Source: Dicyema japonicum (Eukaryota > Animalia > Dicyemida). From it: a DNA stretch of 64,000 bases. Positions 12,978 to 26,289 of the stretch are shown piece by piece. Below the pieces are notes generated by a model. It was not told where the DNA came from. It was given only the letters and a program-made list of their open reading frames with translations, and searched no databases. The first letter of the stretch is position 1; every line of letters starts with the position of its first letter. The DNA is taken from positions 62,001-126,000 of the forward strand of contig RDEW01000082.1 of assembly GCA_011109175.1 (NCBI GenBank). Reading direction: 5' to 3'. The translations under genes were made by a program, and so were the position numbers.

Positions 12978-13539
12978 TTACCAATAAACTTATTTTAATT
13001 AATTTAAATAAAAAACGTGTAACTTTTCGATGGGACTTGTATAAAAATATAATATAAATAGAACTATTTATTTTATAATATTATAGGATCCACTTAAACC
13101 CTTGTGTTTGCAATTTGCTGTGGATTTTTCTGATAAAGTGATGAAGCTTATTAGAATAAGCAAAACGCATACATCCTCAATCACTAGGAAAAGATATTGA
13201 ATTTTTAGAAGACGCCTCATTTTTTGAAGCTGAGGTTAATACAAAGGTACTTTTTGGGCCCGAAGCACATAACATGTCACGGGTCATTCCTAAGGCAACG
13301 ATTGGCGTCGAGCTTCTGAGTCCCTTTTGACTTTGTGGATGATGACGTGATGACTTACTTGACAAGATAAGGATGACATACCCCCTTGACGCACAAAATA
13401 GAGCGCTTCACAAGCGGAGGGGGGAGACTCCGAACCATCAAGGTCTGACTTCGTTCAGGTGGCGAGGCAGAAAGGATCTGCCTGTAGAAGGGTCACTTTA
13501 GGCTCGGTGTGACTATAGAGCGAGCTACAGGAATCCAGT

Positions 13540-14620
13540 GCTAAAGCTGCTAAGGATTCGGTCACACCAGATCCCGATGTACTTATAAAGAAAAGTGCCT
13601 AAATTGCGAAGCCCACATTCGCGGAAGGCCTGCCAATCAAAAGACAGGTATCTCAAGTTCGTGAACTATGGCGAGGCAGAACACAGGGCGAGCCATTCAA
13701 GATGCCCCCTGTAACAAAAGGCTATTGATAAGTTACTACAGTTGAGAAGGCATGCGCCCTCCCCTGGATTGGTTATTGATGTAAGCACTATCCATCGCAT
13801 GGTAAAAGGTTATCGCTGCACTACCGGATCTTCTTTCCCAAATGCTCTTGGGGATACCGCGTTGTGGTATATGAAGGAGAATGCGCCGAAACAATGCTCA
13901 ACATTGTTTCGATGAAAGTCAGGTCCCTCTAGAGGAGAAGGATGGCTCTTCTTGATACCCTGGAAGCCGACATCTTGTCCTCAACGAGACCAAGTGCAAG
14001 GATACGGTTGCTGCAGACTTTAGAGGCTACACTAGTTGTCATCTCTTATGGAATGATGCACAACGAGGTTTGGGCACTAGTATCCATTGGAGAACGAGTC
14101 TCGCAGCAGTCGTCCAAGGTACCTCATCCTGTTCTCATTGTGACTTATCTTGATACGCGTTAGGCTACCCTGTTTTTCAGTTGTTATTGGGGCAATATAT
14201 GACACGCAGTTGTGGTTGTGTTAGGATCACATTAAGACTGTCTTCGACATACATCCCCATTGCGTTGTATTTGGTGATCTGAATGCTAGCCACTCAGCTG
14301 TTTCCGCAATAATAAAGGGGGATCAGCTCTACACGACTGGCTAGAGAGAGTGTTAAAGAGTAAGAGTTATCAGAAGTTGATGAAATAAAAAGAATGATGA
14401 ATGAATTCGCACACAGACTGAAAGCCGAACATTCGGAACGCATGCGCCGCATTCTTAGGCTCGCTGAAAAGTTTTCATTTTTGATAAATCTGGATTCACT
14501 TGATGCTGAAAACAAGGGACATTTGACATATCTTCTCTCCACGAAGATATCGTTGACAGTTTTTTTTCGAGGTGGAAACAGTACTGCGAAGGAACAGTTA
14601 CATAACTAATCGATGAGGAT
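13540..14620 (+). mobile_element. Mixed decayed non-LTR fragments (APE-like and RLE C-terminal)
   Basis: VVFGDLNASH (APE motif) at about 14265; TKISLTVFFRGGNS-type RLE tail at about 14550. Confidence 0.4.
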
Positions 14621-16252
14621 GAACTAAGGAATGCTCTTCACTTATTTTTTTGTTGTTGGATGTGAGTCCTCTATAGAATATCCTGTTCTGCAGTGAGGAG
14701 TTCACTGATGACGACCTCTCTCGTCAAGCCAAAAGTATAAAACATTTTATACCATTTGGATTCCCAAAGTATAGCTTACCTTTTTTATTTTCGACCTTAT
14801 CAATATATTCACGACTGTTCCCCCAATTGTTATTGTTCTTCAATAATTCTCTGTAGCCTGTCATCTTATCTCAAAAAATATCCCCATTAATTAAAAATTA
14901 AAATTATTTTAAAGACCAAGGATAACCAAACTAACTAACTCCTTGATTCTGACTCGTTGCAACATTCCAGAACTTGTCTCCAGTTCACGACATTGTCCAC
15001 CAGAAAAGAATAGTTGGATCCTCTTGATGCCGGCCAGGAATTGGGCGTCTCTACAGTGAGGTGGATTTAATGATGCCATCGGAAGGAAAATAATTTATGA
15101 CCAACTAGCCACATAGCATCACACGGCGCCACACGCCAAATTAAAAAATTAATGAAAACAACATACATGACCTACATGTTTCGTCAACCACAGACATAAC
15201 TAAATTTGAAGGATTTTTACTCCCACTATAAATTACAGTGTAATCTAAATCAATGCATCCACAACGATCCATCATCAAACGATATGGAATTTTGAGCCCA
15301 GCTATATCAATATGAGTTCAATAAACCACCAGTCTGTTTGGACTAATTTTTCTCAAAGCAGAGGATCAATTAACTTGGCTACTAGAGTGACGTCATGTCT
15401 TTTTTAAAAAAACTAGATGATCAATGCATCAAAAGTTTTAACGATTGAGATATTTTAGTTGAATAAAAATATACATTTCGAATCTAATTGAATTTCACAG
15501 GAACTAAGTAGATTTTCGTCTAAATAGGTTATTCTTATTCAATAGGCTCAAACTCATATATTGCCCATTCTTCTATAGTTGAACCATTGGACGTTGTATA
15601 AGAGTCTCACGCACTTTAGTCTCCATAAAAGGTCGAGAAAAAGGGCGTTAAAAACCAAGGAATATTGAATGGATCATATAAAGCATTACACGTTTTTACA
15701 AGAGTCACATCATCACCTCTGACATCTTCACTGGCAAATCGGTTGTGACTACTCTATAATATTTGGAGTTGACTTTAGAAGAATAAGGTTCAATTCAGTT
15801 CTAGTTTTTTTTAATGACGCAAATCAGTCAAGACATCCATTCAGTTTAAAAGAAACCAATAACTAACGATAATCTCGAAGAGAATGCAGAATACTGGAGA
15901 TCCAATGATAAGGATACCGTTACTCATTTTCCGTAATCTCTTCAAACCTTAAAGACGACTTTTTGTGTTTCAATACACTTATTTCTGAAGAAATCCTTAT
16001 GGGATTTGATTCTTTGAGCGAAACTGATCGACAACATTACAATCTTAGATAACACCATATTCAGTAAAATATAGGTCAATCGTCGATCATCGCTTATTTA
16101 ACTGGTGTTTAACTGATGGACTCCACAATCGTCTCAGAATAATTTTAATGATGCAAGTCAAGAGAACTGTCAATCAAAACCTGTCAAAACGAACAAAATT
16201 AATTCCTGAAAATTGACAAATTTTTTTTAAATTCCAGAAAATAGATTTTATT

Positions 16253-16281
16253 TATAAATCAGATTTCGCTTCACGATTAGA
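16253..16281 (+). promoter_or_regulatory. Conserved motif ATAAATCAGATTTCGCTTCAC just 5' of the start codon of all four lectin paralogs
   Basis: Near-identical copies at about 10118, 16254, 39885 and (minus strand) 46338-46358. Confidence 0.45.
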
Positions 16282-17525
16282 ATGCGATACTTCTATATTC
16301 TCCTTTTTGACTTGATTCAATTTGGTAAATCAATGTTAACACCAAATGATATAACAGCGAACTTTGAAGATCATGGCTATTACATCAGTAATAAAGAAAA
16401 TGGTCAAAAAGACTTTATGCTTTCATGTATGCCTGACAATCTGGTGATCATAAATAGCGAAGCTGAACTTATATTTTTATCTTGTATGGTTTTAGAGTAT
16501 TTAAAATAGCTCTATTGAAGACAAATTTTTGGATAAACGGAAAAACATTAAATGGTGAAAATAAATTATATAATGGATCTCGCATGGTTTGGAATTTAAT
16601 AATCATCAAGCCTTATTCAAGAATTCTAAGTTATTATAATCAGAATAAATCTTACGGAATATATGTAGAATCATGTTCATTAGAAATGAGAGTTCAAAAT
16701 ATCAACACGAAGATGAAAGGTGTTTGCGAAAAGGGTTAGATATATTTTTTGTTTCAGATAGCATGATTCTTGATCCTAATACTACCGTGGAGAATACTAA
16801 AACCAAGAAAATAGTATTTACAGAGAATTTAGGTCCAAAAATACTATATTTTTACAACTATGACCACATCATTTTGCATATTGTGGAATATATGAATTTT
16901 ACTGAAATGACCCAAAAATGCACAAAATACTTTGCTACCCTTCTATTGATTAAGAGTCAATCTGATAATGATTTAGTTAACGGTATTTTCTATAAATATA
17001 AACTCAGAAATAATGTTCGGAAGCTCATTTATTGGAGTTTCTGTTGATGTGGGTTATCAAAATTGGGAATCTGATGATGCTAAAAGAAAGGTGCAAAACT
17101 CTCAAACTCCAAATGCAGCAGTCATGGATCGTTGTAATGGTCAATGGAGACCTATTTCTGATAAAAGTGAAATTCATTATGGTTTTTGTGTGTCTTGTTT
17201 AATTCTTTATCAATTTTTAAAGATAGCCTGGATTTATTACTGACTCTGAAATTCATATTACCTTTACCGCCGGATGCAAAAATTGACATATCAAAGTTCA
17301 AAAAAAGTCCAAACTCTAAATGTGTAAATAAGATCGACGAAAATCTTAACTCTATAACTAAAAATAAACAAGTTTCAAAAGAAGTTAATTTAAGATTGAT
17401 TTTAGAGCGTTCAAAACAGAATATTTATGTTAATCATAATATTCTTTGGAGTTTTTATATCTTGTTTCGCCGTTCAGACATTGACAGTTTGCTTATCCTA
17501 TCAAAAATTTAAAATCGAAACATAA
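16282..17525 (+). CDS. Double C-type-lectin-like type-I membrane protein, paralog 2 (apparently intact)
   Basis: Removing GT-AG introns of 22-26 nt gives a continuous frame that ends in the TM exon SVQNRIFMLIIIFFGVFISCFAVQTLTVCLSYQKFKIET*. Confidence 0.8.
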
Positions 17526-17665
17526 TGTATGTGTAAAATTAAACTTAGTTCATCACTAACCAATAATTATAATTCTCGGTAATTCACTAATAAATCCTGG
17601 ATTTCATGTGATTTTTTATTTTATTAATAATAAATAGCACAAAGAATTATCTCATAATGCACTAA

Positions 17666-17930
17666 TTATTTATCTATTGGTTGCATGCAGATCATATGTT
17701 TTTGGGGAATACTCCCTATTATTGTAGTAGTAAACCAAACTTCCCCCTTTTCAGTGAACCGCATAAAATTTTTCTTGTAATGGTTACAAGACTGGTCCGA
17801 GTTATCATTTTCCGGTTTCTTTGACTCGTATGTTGTTGATATTACAATTGTTTCACCCCATCTGTAAGTCATCCACTTATTACATGTTTCTGACGAGGTG
17901 ATAATTTTTTTAATTACGGATTTTTTAATT
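17666..17930 (-). pseudogene. 3' part of a small Cys-containing gene convergent with lectin paralog 2 (decayed homologs at about 11575-11735 and 41275-41345)
   Basis: ORF ends ...SCNHYKKNFMRFTEKGEVWFTTTIIGSIPQKHMICMQPIDK*. DNA similarity is found downstream of paralogs 1 and 3. No clear start. Confidence 0.35.
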
Positions 17931-18354
17931 ATGATAATTTTTTTCAAATAAAAATTATAAATTATTAATAGACTAGTCGATAATCCAATGACAGAAGAAG
18001 TTGTCAACTTAGACATGGAACTACCCACTGAAATCCCAAAGATTGGGAATCATTTCTCGTTGAGCAATACCAAACAGTCTCAGCTTCTGAGAATAATGAC
18101 AGTGACTCAGATTCTGATAAGCAAACAGAGCCAAAACAGAGAAATTAACACGCACAAATGTTCAACAAATGCTAGATCAAATCTGCCACTTTGCTTGCAC
18201 TCAAGACCCTGCATTACTCGATCCCGTCAACAGACTGATTTATCTTAACAATAAAGAGATTGCTGAATCGAAGCAAAATACGAGGCAATCCTTAATGACA
18301 GATTTCTATAATCCTACTGTTTCACTTTTTCGTTATAAGTAAATTTAGTGACTT

Positions 18355-18435
18355 GTTCAATATACCGGCCTCCCCTCTATACCGGACAATTCTGTCGGTC
18401 CCGAGAGGAATCGGTTTAGAGGGATTTGACTGTAA
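18355..18435. mobile_element. pogo/Tigger-like terminal inverted repeat remnant
   Basis: ...CGGTTTAGAGGGATTTGACTG-TA terminus. Confidence 0.45.
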
Positions 18436-18575
18436 TGTCATATTCGTATTCCATGTGAATTGATTAACGAGTCTACCAATATTTAAAAATTTGGTTGCAG
18501 CCCGGTACCCAGTGGCGTGCCTAGGGGGATAGGGGTAGCCACCTCGGTTTCATCATAAACAAGCTCGACTGCAAG

Positions 18576-19883
18576 AAGGGTTGTTAGATTTAAATCATTT
18601 GATTTTAATCAACAAAAAATCAATGATTTAAATCATTAAAAAAATTAAAAAAATCATTTAAATTTTTTAATGTCTGAAAGAAAGCTGATGCATTGTGGGT
18701 TCACTTTGATAAACGTATTATTCCTGGAAAGATTGGGAGTCGAGCCAAATGCCGTAAGTTCGGGAAGGAGGTACAAGGTCTCGTATCTCGGATGAGGCAG
18801 CATCATTTGTCATGTCGAACTAATATTGATATCTTGAAAATCCGAGAAAACCTGAAAGTGATTTGATCAGCGACTTCCACCCTAGGATGAGGGACAAGTC
18901 TTTAATCAATTTCATTTCTACGACGACGCCATCGAAGAAAGATTAGATTGATATGCAACTCGTTAGATGCATATTTTCCAGTAACACTACATTTGATGCT
19001 CTAGAACATCCAGAATTTATCAAATTCGTTTAAATGCTTCTCCCTGGGTATCGATTTCCATCTCGTCATCAAATTGGAAGTCCATTGTTCGATCGTGTGT
19101 AAGAACAAATACATGAAGACTGTCGGCAAAGACTCTAAAGACAGTGTCTATGATGTTGGACGGGTGGACAACATTCATAATGAACCTGTTATTTGTGTGT
19201 CAGTTGTAACATCGGATGGGGAAAGCTATCTAATTGACACTGCGGCTGATTAAACCAATTGCTGTCGCTTTAGACAAAATTCAAAATGATTCTACGACGA
19301 TTAGTCATGCTGTAGAATTTGGATAGAACTTGAACAGACTTATATTGACTATGAATGTACGACTATTTTAGAAAAAGTGAAAACTCGAGCAGATCAAGCA
19401 TTAACACCTTTCCACTTACTTGCGAATTTAATGGACCCAACACGTTGTGGGTGATTTCTTTCAACTGCTGAGATTGACCTCGCCTTGGATATTGTGCTGA
19501 ACATTATGAATATGCTCTTCCGACTCTGATTAATTTCAGAGCAAAAGCTGTTCCATTCAAACTATGTTCGCTCCGAATTTATTGAGCAAAGTATCACCTA
19601 TAGCTTGGTGGGAGTCGAACTCTTACCACCTTCTGAAGTATTTCACTCTGCAAAAAAATTCTTGGAGCAGTTGCTTCCACAGGTGGAATAGAACGAATTT
19701 TTTTCGTCTTTTGGATTCCTACATTCAAATGTATGAAATAGGCTGGGAATTGAAAAAGCTGCTAAACTTGTCTTTGTTTACAAGCTTTTAAATAAATAAA
19801 TACGATTTCCAATGTTTTTATTTTAATTTGTTTCCGAATAAAAATCATTTAATTCAAAAAAATCATGATTTTTAACAACCCTG
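18576..19883 (+). mobile_element. Internally deleted hAT DNA transposon with both TIRs and an 8-bp TSD
   Basis: TIRs AAGGGTTGTTA (18576) and TAACAACCCTG (ends 19883). TSD ACTGCAAG (18568-75) / ACTGCTAG (19884-91). BED-finger remnant WVHF..AKC..RMRQHHLSC, then LDGW and a PIAWW dimerisation motif. Confidence 0.88.
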
Positions 19884-20836
19884 ACTGCTAGAGATCACCG
19901 TGTTCTATTGACATCGTTGAAGACTTTGAGCGTTCTGGTGTCAATTGACGAAATGGGTGTTCGATGATTATACTAACTAAAAAATAAGGACGATTAAACC
20001 TAGCTGGGATGGTTCAGTGTCAAAAGTGGAGACAAACCCATATGGTTCCGGGATCGAATGTCGCTGCTGTACATCTCGATTGATATCGTCATCACTGATT
20101 CATAACTGCAAAACTGGATTGTCTTTAAGGAGTCACCCACAACCAAAGAGAAATCGTTAAAGAACACTAGAGATATTTTTATTAACGTAAAAAACTCGTT
20201 ACTAATTAAAAACCAATTTAACAGGAGAAGCCAATGAGTTCGTACTAGTTGATGAGTACAGATAGCATCAAGGGTCCAATTGTTAGACTGCAAGGCCCTG
20301 GTGGCTATTACCCAATTAACCTGTAGTCAGCCGTAACCAAAATCATAGAGCGATACACCAGAAGCCAGGAATTCATAATAAAAAACATCCTCTCGAACTT
20401 TCCGATTAGATCTTTTGGATATGTAGAGGGCGTTATACTCTGTCAAATATGATGGCCTTTGATCCACCTTTGCAGAAGCCGAGATCCTTGTTCCCTTTGG
20501 TCAACTACGGTGAGCACTCCTGGTATTTTAGTGAGGAAGGAGATAAGAGCTTGGAAATCTTAAACAAAATCAGGAGACAGACAGTATTTTTTGAGATTGT
20601 CTTAAGATCTTTCCACAAAGATCTTAGGGAGATACTAAAATTCAAGGTCTTTTCCTTATCTTGACTTAAGAACCTAATCACTCATCTCGGTCGCAAAATT
20701 AATAAAATGATCAAAAGCTCTGCATCTCACCAAAATCGTGCTGAGTAATCCCTAGAAAATCAAAATGGGGATGTTTGTCAAAAAAAGTCATTCGACCTCT
20801 TCTAATTTGAGGACAACCAATTTCATTTATAAGGAA

Positions 20837-22515
20837 TTAAATTGTCTTTAAAACTTTCTCGAGTTCTTGCAGGATTTCGGAAGAGCTGTAATTGTTTGGA
20901 TTGAGTTGAAGAGACTTCATGATAGACACGTGGGCAGTCCGAAACTCCCCCTCCTTGAATATAAGCGAAATATCTCACTTTTTGGGCAATCATGGCAATA
21001 TTGAAGAACGGCTCATAGCAGAAAAGTCCGCAGTCCGCAGCCGTGGTGAAGTAGGAATAAGCCTAAAATGAGCAAGTGAAGAGTCAACAAGGTTGTGAGC
21101 CTCGTTATTGATTTCGATGACTCCAAGGTTGTTCAAAGCTTCCACGTGGGCTGGATTTAGCATGATCGCCAAGGAGAAACACTGTCGAGCAAATGAAATG
21201 TCCCCAGAATACTGAAAATAGTTAACCCGCCATACAAGTCCGATCATTCCAATGTTATAGTAGACTTCCGGCTTGCTTGCGTCGTCAGCCAAGGCCAGGG
21301 ACCGCTCGAAGCAGTTGTAGACCAAGTCGAACTCCTGGGACATATAACAGCAGAGTCCGATGTTGCAGTACACCTCCGTGTTTTCGACCCCCATTTGGAG
21401 GAGTCGCCTTAAAGATTAGACTTCAATGTGCCTGTATAATTTCAGGGCGATTTGGGGGTTCTCGTTATAAAAGTGTTCGGTGGCGATACAGGAGATTGAT
21501 TCCACGTGGGTGGCGTCAATTTTAAGAATATTTCGAAAAATGGCCGCTGATTCTTCTAAATTTCCGAGGTCCTGGTCAATTCTCGCTAACCACGTGAGCA
21601 AATTTATGTCATTAGGGAAATTCCTGAGTCCCATATTTAAAACTTCTTTGGCCGACGCAGGCTGACTGATTCGGCCATACAGTTTCGCCAAGTACAGGTA
21701 AATGTCAATATTCTGGAACAAATTTAAGGCCAAAAGAACTCCTTTTCAGCCTCACCAAACATCCCAAGCCAGATATAATTCCCAAATCTACCGGTAGTAA
21801 CACTTCCCCGCCTGAACCTTCCACCACCAATCTCCAGAGGTTAGGTAAGCGTCCACTTTTAGAGCTAAAGACAACGCCTTGAGCTATACCACGTGACTAC
21901 GTTTTTAATGTCGCTTTCAAAATAGAATAAGTACTCAAAGACAGCCTTGGAGAGATCCTTTTGGGGGACAAGCTTATCAAAGTCTAATCGACTAACGTTT
22001 ATCTCGAACTTTCCTGCGGCAGAAGAAGCCTTGAGATGTTAAAACCAGGAAAACGGTGGTCATTCGAATAAGCCGGCCAGTTGAAGAGGTAAATGGACGG
22101 GCTGTGGCTCCAGTCAGCCTCATTCTTGATTTTGCCGTCTTTAAAGAATCCCTCAAGCCCTGAACCCCAGTCTCCTGTCTTATAAACCCCGTGATTGGTC
22201 TTCCACTTTGTGTGATCGGCCTAAATCAAGGTTAACTAAGTACAAATTTGTGGGGGCCCTAGTTGCTTTCCTAGCGGTCTTCGCGATAGTACTTGTGTCC
22301 ATGGAAAGGTCAGCAACACTTTCAACGTCAACCTCAAGCTCATCGACATACACCTCCTTAGTAAGGGACATCATTTTGAGGTACCACACGGCCCAAATGA
22401 TAAATTAAGGTACTTTATTATCGGGAATGTTTCTAAGGAGTTTATCGCACAGCTCAGAGCAGTCCTTATATTTTCCGTGATTGAATAGATTGTAGGCTTC
22501 ATATAGTGAATCCAT
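20837..22515 (-). CDS. TTC8: Tetratricopeptide repeat protein 8 / BBSome subunit BBS8, 9 introns of 21-26 nt
   Basis: Spliced translation contains WYLKM.SLT.EVYVDELE, PITQSGRPITGF, RPFTSSTGR, DWWWKVQAGKCYYRLG, HVESISCIA..HFY...PQIALKLYRRLLQMGV.NTEVYCNIGLCC and HVEALNNLG. One homopolymer indel at about 21733. Confidence 0.93.
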
Positions 22516-22623
22516 TGGTTGTGGTTATGGCAATATTAAATAATAATAAAATAGCACTGAATTATCTTTTATTAATCAATAAATATTAATTGTGTTTAAT
22601 TTAAATGAGACTTTTGTCGAGTC

Positions 22624-24148
<1,525 letters not shown>

Positions 24149-24788
24149 TGAAGCACTAATTAATAATATTGTAACACATTCAATACTAAAATAATCTTTG
24201 ATTACTGGTTTGTGTTTATTTGAGGTATTGGGAGGTGTGGCTGGTGGGGAATGTAGAATGTCCTATTCGATGCCATTAGGCGTTACTTGGGACTGGTGTA
24301 CCTCATGAGGGATATTTATTTAAAAAGTACAATGGGGAGGATGGTAATCTTGGGTCGAATAAACTACTTTCCTATTTCATTGGATCTCCCCTTTCATTGC
24401 AATGGAAGGACTTATCTATGGTAAGAAATGAGTTCATAAATAAAGTTTGTACTTACATTACGAAACTATTAGACTCATGAATATGAATTTAATCGTGGAA
24501 TGAATAATTATTGTAGACAGTGTTATTTGAGTCAGACGAAAAATAGTAATTGATAGGGAAGTTTATGCGATGAATTGCATATATTCCACATTGACTTTCT
24601 TGAAATTATATTCGTGTAAAGTGAAGAAATACGTACTATAAGAAACAGTGGAGTCTAAATTTTAGGAAAAAGAACGTTTATTATAAAGTATCCTCTTCGA
24701 ATACTCATCAAGCAACAGACTGGAAGTCGTAATGGAAATTTGTCTAAGAATTAGCAAGTAAATTGTTACAAGATTTGTATAAAAAAAA

Positions 24789-24860
24789 GGGGATATGGCT
24801 TAGTGGTAAAGCGCCCGCTTAGCATGCGGGAGGTCCTGGGTTCGATTCCCAGTATCTCCA
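24789..24860 (+). tRNA. trnA-AGC: tRNA-Ala (anticodon AGC)
   Basis: Cloverleaf with GGGGATA/TATCTCC acceptor stem including G3:U70, CCCGC-TTAGCAT-GCGGG anticodon arm and GGTTCGATTCC T-loop. Followed by a T6 Pol III terminator. Confidence 0.95.
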
Positions 24861-24949
24861 CTTTTTTATCTGATTACTTTAATTTTTTTTTCAGAATAAT
24901 TTTTATATTCCGAAAATAATACTTTAATTTTCATCTTTTTTTAAGTTTT

Positions 24950-25810
24950 TCGGAGGAGTATATATTTGTTCCATTCGCGGTGGAAACGTCAGGAATCCTT
25001 GGCCCCCAAGCAGATGAGTTGGTTCGTAAGATCGGCTCCATGATTCAAGCTGTGACCAAGGATCCGCGAGAGACTGGTTGGTTCCGAGAACGTATCTCGT
25101 TGGCTATTGTTAGGGGAAATAGCATGGCCATTCAGATGCCTTAATTTTGAACTCTTTTTCATTATAATAATAAATAGTAAAAATACTTTAATTTATTTAA
25201 AAAAATACTTTTGGAGAGTATTTTTCAAGTTTTATTATCAAATGCAAATATCATGTAGCCCCTTTTATAAAAATCCTTTCAAAAAAAGAAAGCTACTACG
25301 AATTTTGAGGATTGGATTCGGACAAAGAGTAGGACTAGTTGTTTGCTAGGACCACCGATGCCGCTGCGTAAAAATAATCGATGCGAAGGGATTACACCCG
25401 CTGTCCTGCAGATGCAGAAGAAGTGTCGGGAGAGGACCACGTCATGCCGCTCTGAAAGATTTTATCGTCAGAGCTCTAAAGGCTACAGGCTTCTCGTCAC
25501 AGCTTGAACCCGTAGGTTTCGATCGAGGCACGAATTTGGAACCTCCTTAAATCGATTCAGACATATGGAGCAGCAATAGCTGAAAACCTAAAAATCAAAA
25601 AATATTCTTGCCTCGGAGACCGGTGCTGCTTTACTCCTGTTGCGGTCGAGTCATCAGGGGCCGTTGGTCCAATGACGGCTGAGTTCTTGCGCGAACTTTT
25701 GAAAAAGAGGGGATCAACGAGAAAAGTTCTGGTTTAGACAAAGGATTGAATTAGCCATACTCCAAAGGGAACTCATCTACACAGCAGGATTCCTCAATTA
25801 ACATTTGTTT
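24950..25810 (+). mobile_element. Two CRE-like 3' (RLE) fragments
   Basis: FVPFAVETSGILGP..WFRERISLAIVRGN (24960-25130) and FTPVAVESSGAVGP (about 25630). Confidence 0.75.
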
Positions 25811-25869
25811 CTTTATCAATTTTAAACCACATTTTATTTAACCAACAATAAAAAGTTAATATTTAATAA

Positions 25870-26190
25870 TCAACAACCTTCCTCTCCAGCCTCCTCAGGC
25901 AGGTTCGATTCTGGTTGCTGAAACAACGCCGAGAGCGCCTTGTCCAATTGAATCCTCTGCCCATATGGCATCTCCGGGCTCTGCCTCTTAAACCCCAGTG
26001 TCAGACTCTCTAGGATCCGCTTTAATACAGTGGACTGTAGATAGTCCCGGAGCTTCTATCTGCCCCCCCCCCAACTGCTTCAGATAACCCTTGTGGTACT
26101 TTGTTGCAATTCCTTCCCACGTCATTACTATTGGAATAACAAGGACCTTGCAACCAAGCATCTGCCCCATCTCGTTTGCAAGCAAATCAT
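25870..26190 (-). mobile_element. R2/NeSL-like non-LTR 3' fragment (inverted duplicate of 43520-43810)
   Basis: LLANEMGQMLGCKVLVIPIVMTWEG..TKYH RLE-type tail; DNA identity to 43520-43810. Confidence 0.7.
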
Positions 26191-26289
26191 TGAATCCTCC
26201 ACCTATTCATCACAGCCACTACAAAGATGAATCCTCCTTTAGATGAATCCTCCACCGATTCATCACAGCCACTACAAAGCTGATGTACC

